Virus record (IMG/VR): IMGVR_UViG_3300048848_000056
Location: 1 to 26,046 of that record
DNA: 26,046 bases
Direction: 5' to 3' (one strand)
Origin: a virus
Taxonomy: Duplodnaviria > Caudoviricetes
Position numbers and translations under genes: made by a program. Shown piece by piece: positions 7,355 to 16,000 of the stretch (positions are counted from its first letter, which is position 1; each line of letters begins with the position of its first letter). The notes under the pieces were generated by a model. It ran no database searches. It was not told the origin of the DNA and worked only from the letters and a program-made list of their open reading frames with translations.

Positions 7355-7612
7355 TTACCGCGGCGACTCCGACGCGTTGTCAGGCGCTGGCGTAGGAGTT
7401 GTCGGGACTGGCTCGCTCGGCGGATTGTCTACGGTCACCTTGCCGATCGACGGGATGCGCAAGACGCCGATCAGGCCACCCGTGATCGTCCCCATGCCGA
7501 ACGCTTCATTGACGGTCACACTGTGCCCGGCCGCGAACAGCGCAGCGCCGAAGATGAAGGCAAGCGTACCTAGCGTTGCAAGGTAGGCGATCAGCTGCTC
7601 ACGTGCGGTCAT
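7355..7612 (-). CDS. Holin-like membrane protein (2 TM), 85 aa
   Basis: Two hydrophobic segments and a Pro-rich tail; directly upstream of the endolysin; 4-bp overlap with the preceding gene. Confidence 0.55.
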   Translation of the reverse strand: MTAREQLIAYLATLGTLAFIFGAALFAAGHSVTVNEAFGMGTITGGLIGVLRIPSIGKVTVDNPPSEPVPTTPTPAPDNASESPR

Positions 7613-8151
7613 GTCGTTTTCCCCGACGGTAGCGGTTCAGCTAGTGCGCTTGCCGCGATGATCTTCGCGCCCGAAACGGCGCCTTTCTCTGCGGCCTCAG
7701 ACCGGGCCTGGTCCGCTTCCATCGCCTCGATGTCGTCAAGGATCTGCGTCAGGCCGTCAGGCGGGTTCGGCAGGCGCTTGAGCAGCATGATCAGCGCACG
7801 GAAGCGCATCTTCGCGTTGGCAAGTTCGTGGCGCGAGATGCGGGCGGCGGCTTCGTAATCGGCCTGCAGGCGATCGACCTTGGCTTCGTAGGCTGCGCTC
7901 AGCTTTTCGAGCTTGTCCTCGTAGTATGTGCGCTGCTCTTTCAGGTCAGCCTCAAGCTTACTCACTCGGGCAACGGTATCGGCCCTGAACTTCTCTTCCG
8001 CTTGAGCGGCAATCTCATGCATCTTCGGGCGGCTCTTGATCCAAGCGACCAAGCCACCACCAACTAGTAGGTTCAGCAGGACCATGAGATATGAGCCGTA
8101 TGACCAGCCCTCGACGGCAACTTTGCCCACTGCGGCCTGATCAGGCGTCAC
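7609..8151 (-). CDS. Membrane-anchored coiled-coil protein in the lysis cassette
   Basis: One N-terminal TM (YLMVLLNLLVGGGLVAWI) followed by heptad-rich helix. Start placed at GTG 8151, which overlaps the upstream gene end by 11 bp; start is uncertain. Confidence 0.65.
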   Translation of the reverse strand: MTPDQAAVGKVAVEGWSYGSYLMVLLNLLVGGGLVAWIKSRPKMHEIAAQAEEKFRADTVARVSKLEADLKEQRTYYEDKLEKLSAAYEAKVDRLQADYEAAARISRHELANAKMRFRALIMLLKRLPNPPDGLTQILDDIEAMEADQARSEAAEKGAVSGAKIIAASALAEPLPSGKTT

Positions 8152-8422
8152 GGCGCTGATACCAATGCGAGAAGTGCGCCATGGCGAGTGCAAGGATTAG
8201 GGCCATGAGGTGCGACAGCGGGCGCGACACGTCGAACAAGAACGTGAGCCGATTGACGGCGAGGAGGAACACCAACGCCCATATTGGATCGAGGTAACGC
8301 CCCTTGCCTCGCATCAGCCGTAAGACTGCCGGCAACAGCGCCAGCAAGCATATGATCCACCCAACGATACCCGGCCACGGCCACAGCTTGTCTATGTCAG
8401 AAGGTAGGCTCTTCACGGTCAT
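8141..8422 (-). CDS. Small 3-TM membrane protein, holin candidate, 93 aa
   Basis: Three hydrophobic helices; AGGAG RBS; first gene of the lysis cluster. Confidence 0.6.
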   Translation of the reverse strand: MTVKSLPSDIDKLWPWPGIVGWIICLLALLPAVLRLMRGKGRYLDPIWALVFLLAVNRLTFLFDVSRPLSHLMALILALAMAHFSHWYQRRDA

Positions 8423-8462
8423 CGGGCACTCCTGATCATACGGTACAAGCGAGCGGTCGATT

Positions 8463-10391
8463 TCACGGCGTAATGTCCTCGATCATGAAGTCGTCGAGAT
8501 CCATGTTGCCGGGATCGTTGCCGCGATCGGCGAGGCCGACGAAGCAGTCGACAGCCGGCGTGATCGTGGTCACGAGGGTTCCCGGCGTCGTCAGGATGTT
8601 CGCCCCGTTGACTTTGCCGCCGCTCAGCAGCGTGACCGCTGGGTCGATGACGAAGCTGGTCGTGCCGCTGCCGGGTGTGCCGTCCGCCGGCGCGGTGCGC
8701 GTGACGGTGAGGCGATAGGTCCGGCCAGCCTTCAGCTGCTTGGTTTCGATCCCCGTGTTGATCTCCTCCTGACCCTTGATACGTGCAGTCCAGACTGTCT
8801 TGGCGTTCTGGCGCACGCGAACCTTTCCGCCGCCCAGCGACACCTGGGTGGGCTGGCGAAGATCGAATCCGTTACCAGTCGCGACGATCGGGTCGGCGAC
8901 GTAGATGCTCGGAGCGGGGCCTGGCTGCGGTGGCGCCGCGTTGGTGACCGTGGCAACCACCTCGGCGAAGCGACATGGCAGCGGCACGGCCTGATTGTCG
9001 CGCAGGATCTTGGTGTAGTCGGTGATGTCGGGCATCGAACCACGTGCGTAAGCGCCTGTCTCAACCACACCCTGGATCTGGTTCTGCGACAGCGTCCACT
9101 GCACGTGTGTGGCGTCGATCCGGGTACCCGCGCCCATCACCTGCGGCACGCCGTCGATCAGATAAACGAAGCCCTGGATACCTGCAGCGGGCGTGATGTC
9201 GGTTCCGCCATCGTGCGTGATCGTCGCGGTGATCGTCGCGCCGTCGCGAGCGACAGCCGTGATGCGAGGCCCGTCGACGCCACCGGCGACGACCGCGCCG
9301 CGCGTCTTGGCGATCTTGCGATACATGCGCGGGGCGAGGGCCTTGTAACCAGTCGCCAGCGTGTGCGGACCGCCATCGTCAACCTGGTCGAACATCTCAG
9401 GCATGAGAGTGATGAACGTCGGGTTCTCGGCGGCGAGCTGGACGATTTTGCGGCGTAGGTAGGTGTACCCGACCTGCCGCGCGTTCGAGCCAACGCCGTC
9501 GCCGCGCCGGTTCATTGGCACCATGAAGATCCGAGGGTTGCCGCCGGCCGCGCCGCGCACGCTGGCGAAGACGCGCAGCCATGCCGCACCCCAGGCGTCG
9601 GACGCCGCCTGCGATGCGCTCACCGCGCCGCTGTCACCTTCGCCCTGGTTGAAGTAAAAGGCGGTGACCGTTGCCCCGCTGGCCTTCGCGGCCGCGACCG
9701 CAGCAAGCGCCTCCTGCCAGCGCGGACCCATGGTGTCGTCGTCGTTGATCCACCAGTTGCTGTCGGTCGCTCCACGCTGGAACACCGAACTGCCGTCCGC
9801 CGCAGCGTCGAGGAACACCCATTCGTCGCCGAGGAAGCTTGCAAGGCCCGTCTGCATTTCCGCTTGAGCGTTGATCTGCATGCGTTCAGCGTTGGATTGC
9901 CCAAGCGTGAGCATCGCCATCACGTTTACCGTTGCGCCGCCACCGTCGGCCGCCACCTTGACGATCGGCGTGTTGATCTCGATCGTCGGCGCAACGATGA
10001 CCATCGCATCCGCGTTTCCGATGGTCTCAGGGAAGCCGAACGCCCGTGCTTGAAAGAAGCGCTTGGCTCCATCGGGGTAGGTCACGCGGAACGCGTAGAG
10101 GGCTGCGTTCGCCGGGTCGGCGGCGGCGCGAAGCAGGGCCTGGCCCGCGTCCCCGCTATCAACAGCGATGTTCGGCTGCAACGAACCGTAGTCGGTTGAG
10201 CCCTTATGCTTCTGCTTGGGGCCGGCAAGAGGCTGGAAGTCGGTCTTGGCTGTGTTGGCACCTATTGCACCGATGCTCTCGACGCCGCCGATGTTGACAT
10301 ACGCCAGGCTCGAATAGCCGTAGGTCGACTGCATCGAGGGATAGCCGGCCGAGATGTCGATCGTCGTACCTGCGGCGGTGGTGGAGCTCAT
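8463..10391 (-). CDS. Tail-tube-protein paralog fused to SGNH (CE6/SASA-like) esterase and C-terminal beta domains, 642 aa
   Basis: aa 1-148 align without gaps to the 19548-20000 protein. Then LGQSN, DGSS, FNQGEGD and DDGGPH esterase blocks, a Pro-rich linker and a CBM-like end (GRTYRLTVT...LDDFMIEDIT). Confidence 0.85.
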   Translation of the reverse strand: MSSTTAAGTTIDISAGYPSMQSTYGYSSLAYVNIGGVESIGAIGANTAKTDFQPLAGPKQKHKGSTDYGSLQPNIAVDSGDAGQALLRAAADPANAALYAFRVTYPDGAKRFFQARAFGFPETIGNADAMVIVAPTIEINTPIVKVAADGGGATVNVMAMLTLGQSNAERMQINAQAEMQTGLASFLGDEWVFLDAAADGSSVFQRGATDSNWWINDDDTMGPRWQEALAAVAAAKASGATVTAFYFNQGEGDSGAVSASQAASDAWGAAWLRVFASVRGAAGGNPRIFMVPMNRRGDGVGSNARQVGYTYLRRKIVQLAAENPTFITLMPEMFDQVDDGGPHTLATGYKALAPRMYRKIAKTRGAVVAGGVDGPRITAVARDGATITATITHDGGTDITPAAGIQGFVYLIDGVPQVMGAGTRIDATHVQWTLSQNQIQGVVETGAYARGSMPDITDYTKILRDNQAVPLPCRFAEVVATVTNAAPPQPGPAPSIYVADPIVATGNGFDLRQPTQVSLGGGKVRVRQNAKTVWTARIKGQEEINTGIETKQLKAGRTYRLTVTRTAPADGTPGSGTTSFVIDPAVTLLSGGKVNGANILTTPGTLVTTITPAVDCFVGLADRGNDPGNMDLDDFMIEDITP

Positions 10392-10497
10392 GTCAGCTTG
10401 CCTTTTCGTGGGAGGAAGTACGGCGGACAGCGTCTCTCGCTCCGGGCTCTTACCCAGAGGCGCATTTGCTCTGTCGAAGGGTGTTGCGGCTAGTTGC

Positions 10498-10755
10498 TCA
10501 GGTTGAGGCGCTTGGAGGCGTGGTGCCGAGAAAGACGATCTGGCTGCCTGGGATGTCGATGCCGACTTCTTCCCCCTGCGCCGTGCGCTTGAGAGTCATG
10601 CTCGGCAGATCCAGTTCGAAAAGAGAGAGATCATACCCTCCGAGCATCGCGCCGACCTGGCCGCTGGCGAGGTGGGCTTGCAGCTCCTCCGGCTCGGTGA
10701 TCTTGACCGAAGCCACCAGGTTGCCGGTCGTCTTATTGTAAAGCGTTGCGAGCAC
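10498..10755 (-). CDS. Hypothetical 85-aa tail-associated protein
   Basis: GTG start 5 bp after the tail-tip gene stop with GAGG upstream; co-oriented; no recognisable motif. Confidence 0.55.
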   Translation of the reverse strand: MLATLYNKTTGNLVASVKITEPEELQAHLASGQVGAMLGGYDLSLFELDLPSMTLKRTAQGEEVGIDIPGSQIVFLGTTPPSAST

Positions 10756-10760
10756 CGAGC

Positions 10761-13097
10761 TTACCTCTTTCTCAAGTCCGCTGTCAGCAGCGCGTTGTAC
10801 ATGATGATGTCCGAGGCTTGGCCGCCGGTGTAGAAGCCCTTGGCCGTCTGCATGAAGTACGTGTTGACGACATTCGCGATCGGCGCCTCATCAATGACGC
10901 GCAGCGCGCCTTGTCCTCCCAGTTCTTGCGCCGGCACAAAGACCTTGCCGTCATGCCGGACGATGCGCACCGCAGCGGTCCATCCGATTGAGCCTTCCGA
11001 CGTTCCGCTCGAGTAGAAGGCATCGAGCAACGCAATACCGCCCGTCGCGGGAACGAAGGATGCGACCTGCACCCTGGCTCCGCCCATGTAGAGATCGGTC
11101 CAGTTCGTTGTCTCGCTGGTCGAGGAAGGCGTAGACGAGAAGAAGTAGTTGATCGACGATGCAGCGTTCGGGGCGAGTTTGCCCGTCGTGACGGACTCGC
11201 TCACCAGCAGATTGCCGATGATCTCAACGTCCCCGGTCAGTCGGATGCCCGAGATCACCACCCCGTCGGCGGTGTAGGCGAAGATGGCGACCTCAGCGCG
11301 CCCATCTCCCGCGATCGCAGTTTGCGTCAGGCTCGCGCCGGCGACGCGGCCATAGGCATCAGCGGCAACCGTTTCGACCGTGCTGGTACGCGCCATGAGC
11401 CCGCCAGGTCCACCGACCGCCGCCTCAAGGTTCGTGGCACGTTGTGCCACCGACTGATTGTCGGCAGCAGCCGCTTGGGCAACCTCCTCGATGCGGGCAA
11501 CCGCAGTCGGCACTACGCCACCCGGGGTGAACTTTGCCTCGACCGTCTCAACCCGTTCCGCGACAGCGTTGGTGTCAGAGGCCGCAACCCTCCGCGCTTC
11601 CTGGATAGCTGCCGACGCCTCGCCGACCGCTACATCGAGACGATCCAGTTCACTCTCAACTGTCGCACCGTCCGGGATCTCGCCGATTGTGACCAGCAGG
11701 CGGTCGGCAAGTTCTCTTGCGGCCGCCAGGCCGTCGACCACAGCGTTACCAGTCGAGTTGCCGACCGGGCTGTTGCCAGGGGCACCGTTCGTCGCGTTGT
11801 CTTCAGGCTTCGTACCATCCGGATCGGCGATGTCGGGCCAGTTCACGATTGCGCCAAGCGGCTCAACCTTGCCGGCCGTGCTCAGCCCCTCGATCAACAG
11901 CGATAGCTTGCTGACAGCACTGCCCGCCTCGATCGAGAAGTCCTTGAAGAAGCCGTAGATCGTTAGGCTGTCGAGATCGCTGTCGCCTATCCACAACGAT
12001 GGCAGCGCGCGAACAGCAGCAATGCGCCCAGCGACTATATCGATGGCGTCGGTCGCGATAAGCGCTTTGGCACTCATGCGTTTGGCATAGGCGCGCTGGA
12101 CGATCGTCACTTCGCCGAAGTCGTCGACTTCCTTCCGGCTGTAATCGGTCAACGCGGCGGTTGGCGATGCCTCGGTGATCCCCAATCCGACCACTGAGCC
12201 GATCAGCATGGTGCCGACCGAGACCGTGCCGGAGCCGACGATCGTCACCGTGACCGAACCGGCCACGCCCGGCAAATCCAGGAAGGTCACCACGCCACCG
12301 GGGCTCGGTGCCGCCGTGCGGGCATATCCTGGCGCTTCGACGTGTACGGTCGTGCCAACGGTGACATCGAGGAGCGCAAGCGCGGTGGCAGGGCCAACGT
12401 CGACCGTTACCTCTACCAGGCCGTTTGCAGCCGTTATCGATCCCAGCGCCTGGTCGAACATGGCCCAGCGGTTCGTTGGCCCGATGTCGGTCCACTTGCC
12501 CGATATGCCGATCGGATCGTTGCCGAGGTTGGCGTCGGCCGCGCTCTCGTAGATCCGGTGCGACGCTGCCTTGATGACACGCGCGCCGAGTGGGTAAGCG
12601 ATATCGCCGGCCCATTCGGAGTAGTCGTTCTCGTCGACACTACTGGCGAGCAACGCGGCCGGCGTTACAACGATCGGCTGCAGGAGGCGCAGCGTCGAAT
12701 CGGATCCATCCGGCGCCGGGTCGCCACCAGGATCAACGAATGGCTCGTTTCCGGCCAGACCTTCTATGGTGAGGGTGCAATAGCTCACCGGCGGCGTTGC
12801 CAGGTCTAGCGTGAAATCCTTGTAGAAGCCCCGGAAGCTTAGCCAGCTGAACCGTTCGTCGGCGATCCACATCGCCGCCGTCGCACGAAGGTCTGCTAGA
12901 CGGCGCTGTACCGCGTCAGCCTGCTCGAACGGTACCTCCATCCGCACCGACATGCGCCGAGAGAAGTTACGCGGCACGACTGTTGTCACGCCGAAGTCGT
13001 CGGTCACTCGGCGGCTATAGTCGACGATACTGATCGTCGGCGTCTCTTCCGCCGCGCCGAGATCAATGACCTCGCCGCCATCCAACTGGACCTTCAT
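10761..13097 (-). CDS. Tail tip/baseplate protein with internally duplicated domain, coiled coil and C-terminal receptor-binding-like region, 778 aa
   Basis: Directly follows the tape measure (4-bp overlap); two copies of a DYSR...DDFG...GF(Y/F)KDF...IEGL domain; coiled coil and gpJ-C-terminus-like G.LLV..SVT.GKL segment. Confidence 0.75.
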   Translation of the reverse strand: MKVQLDGGEVIDLGAAEETPTISIVDYSRRVTDDFGVTTVVPRNFSRRMSVRMEVPFEQADAVQRRLADLRATAAMWIADERFSWLSFRGFYKDFTLDLATPPVSYCTLTIEGLAGNEPFVDPGGDPAPDGSDSTLRLLQPIVVTPAALLASSVDENDYSEWAGDIAYPLGARVIKAASHRIYESAADANLGNDPIGISGKWTDIGPTNRWAMFDQALGSITAANGLVEVTVDVGPATALALLDVTVGTTVHVEAPGYARTAAPSPGGVVTFLDLPGVAGSVTVTIVGSGTVSVGTMLIGSVVGLGITEASPTAALTDYSRKEVDDFGEVTIVQRAYAKRMSAKALIATDAIDIVAGRIAAVRALPSLWIGDSDLDSLTIYGFFKDFSIEAGSAVSKLSLLIEGLSTAGKVEPLGAIVNWPDIADPDGTKPEDNATNGAPGNSPVGNSTGNAVVDGLAAARELADRLLVTIGEIPDGATVESELDRLDVAVGEASAAIQEARRVAASDTNAVAERVETVEAKFTPGGVVPTAVARIEEVAQAAAADNQSVAQRATNLEAAVGGPGGLMARTSTVETVAADAYGRVAGASLTQTAIAGDGRAEVAIFAYTADGVVISGIRLTGDVEIIGNLLVSESVTTGKLAPNAASSINYFFSSTPSSTSETTNWTDLYMGGARVQVASFVPATGGIALLDAFYSSGTSEGSIGWTAAVRIVRHDGKVFVPAQELGGQGALRVIDEAPIANVVNTYFMQTAKGFYTGGQASDIIMYNALLTADLRKR

Positions 13098-16000
13098 GCG
13101 GCTGCGCCGAACACCGTAATGGCATTCCCGCCGCTTGCCTCGGTCACATCATCAAGCTTGTCGGCCGTGCGGGTGTTCGCGCTGGCGTTCACCGCGTGAC
13201 CCGCGTTGTTTTCGGTCCGGGCCTGAGCAAGTTCGGCGCGCAGCGCCTTCAGCTCCGTGACTACGTCGTCGTAGGGCGTGGCGGGCGAACCGACCGCCTG
13301 CACCGCTGTAGCAGCCGTGTCGAGCGCGGCCGTCGGCGAGGTGGTGTTCGCCCCGGTGATCGCAGCGATCAGCGCGTTGGTTCCTTCCAGACTCGCCGCG
13401 ATCTGCGCCTTGACGCGATCGAGTTCCTGCTTGCTGGTCGCCGTATCGCCGGCGACGGTGAGCAGCGCCTGACTAAGACCAACGAGCTTACCAGCTGCGT
13501 CCTGATCGCCAGCGCGCGCCGCCGCCGTCGCTGCATTGAACTGTCCCATGAGCAGCGCGAAGCTGCCAGTGCCGGTACCATCGGTGATCCCGCGAATACG
13601 GTTCACTTCGTCCATGATGCTAACACCCACGGACTTCCAGGCGTTACGCAGCTGCTCCGCGGCGGCGGCGGCTTCCTTGGCGTCCTGAAGTGCCCAGATC
13701 TGCTCCTGCAGCGCGCGGTTGCTGGGGTCGATTTTCGCCAGGTCGAGCGCACGGATTGCGGCGGTGTCACCCTGAAGCTCAAGCAATTGGCGCTGCAGGT
13801 CCTGCTGCTCGGACAGGATGTCGGCCGCGCTCTTCGCGCCCGTCATCGCCGACTGCAGGTCCGCGAACGCCGGCGCCAGCTGCAGCAGCGTGGAATAGGT
13901 CGCCTGCCCGGCGGCGGTGGTGAGATCTTGTGCTTCGACAAGCGAGCGGAACGCGGCAAGCGAACCGGGCATTGCCATCCCGAGGTCGGCGAACACCTGC
14001 GTGAACTGGCCAGTGCGCGCGGCAACCTGCTCTTCCTTGGAGTAGTACGCCTCGAAGTACGCACCAGCAGCGCTGGTGAAGTCGCTGACGCTCTGGAACT
14101 GATCGGCCAGCGCCATCTTCACATCGATGCTCATCGACGCCGCCGACGAGCCCAGCAGGCCCATGGTGGCGGTCACGCTCTCGACGGTAGACGATACGCG
14201 CACCAGCGTCTCGAACAGACCTTCGCCCACCTTCTGGAACTTCTCGATGCCGGGGAACGCTGCCTTGGCCATGTTGTCGGCTGCGGCGCCGAACACGGCG
14301 TTGAGCTTCTCCTCGATCTCCTCGCCGGTCAGATCCTTCAAGTCGATCTTGCCGATGTCGATGACGAAGCCGGCCAGTTTGTTCTTGATCGCGTCAGTCG
14401 ACTCTCCGAGCGGCTTGGCGGCCGAGACGATCGCATCGTTGAAGCCGCGCAGGATGAGCGTGAACTGATTTTCCAAGCCCGGATCGGCATCGGTGTACTG
14501 AGTCTTGTACTTGGTCGAGGTGGTCAGGCCGAAGAACTTCTTCTTCTTCTCCACGTCCGAGTAGTAATCGGCATCGAACCCGCCTGACAGCACGCTGCCC
14601 AAGGTCTGGCTGCCGCCATACAGGCCGCCGCCGATGATCTTGGTCTTGGTACCGAACAGGGAGCTTACGACACCGCCGATGCCCTTGAGAATGCCGCCGA
14701 GGATGGGGATCTTGCTGGCGAACGCGCCGATTGCCGCGCCAATAGGGCCGCCAAGGGCGAAACCGACCATGGTGGTGTACGCCTTGCCCATGCCGCCGCT
14801 CAGCGACGAGTTGAAACCCTCGTTCACGCCGGCCGATGCGTCGACGTTGCCGGCGCGCAGCACTAGCCGAGTGAAGCCGCCGATTTGGCTGTCGATCGAC
14901 TGCAGCGAAGCAGCCATCTGGCGCGAGTAGGTGAGCATAACGGTGTCCACCTCCTTCAGCGCGTCGATCGAGCGCTTAATGCTCTCGGACTTCGCGGTGC
15001 TGTCACCCAGCACGGTACCGGTGCCGTCGTTCGCCTTCGTCAGGTTGTTCTTGCCGCCTCCGCCGAACGATCCCGCGATCGCAACGCCGATCGAGGCGAG
15101 CGCGCCGATCGTCGCTGCGCCGGCCGCGATGTTGAGCGGGAACGGCAACGACGAGATCGCCGAGACGACCGCTTCTACGGCCTTGACCGCCGTTCGCGCG
15201 CCGCTCTTCGCAATCGACGAGGCGGTCTCGGCCGCATCCTGTGCCATGGCGCGAACCGACAGGGCGAACTCGACGGTCCGGAAGGCCTTCTCCGCACCGG
15301 CGAGTACCTGGTACCCGGTCGAGCCATCCTTGAAGAACCCTTTGGCCGCAGCCGACATGTCGCCGAAGGCTTGGATCTGCGCGCCCGACGAGCGCAGCGC
15401 GAATCTGGCGTTCTCCTGAGCCAGCAGCTTCTCATTCTTGCCGGCACGCCTGATCTGCTCATCGTGCTCAACCGCGGCACGCTCGCGGCTTGCATGATAG
15501 TCGGCATAGACTGACGCGAGATCGCCGATCGCCCGGCCTGCATCGCCGAAGGCATCGGCCATGCCCCGCCCTGCGAACTGAACCTTGCCGGCGATGATGT
15601 CCCACTTGTCGGCGGTGAGCGTTAGAGCATCGTTGTACGCCTGGGTGGCATCGTTCACCTCCAGCTGAGCCTTCGCCCTGTCGACGAAGGAGGCGACCAG
15701 TTCTTTGGCCTTTTCCGGGCTCATGCCTGGGTTCTGGTCGACCACGGCCATGGCCTCGAACTGTGCGATGGTGACGGCTCGAGCTTCGTTGCTCTTCCCG
15801 ATCAACTGCAGTTCCATGCCGAGGCGCGCGAGATCATCGTCAGCGCTGCGGATCGCTGCTATCGCCTGTGCGTTCGCGAGCTGCTTCGCCTCATTCACGA
15901 CGATCTCGCGTACCTTCTTGGCGCGATCGGATGTAAGCGGGCCGAGCCGCTCTTCGGTCTGCCAGATCGCCTGCAGGACAGAGGCCTCTGTGCCCAGACC

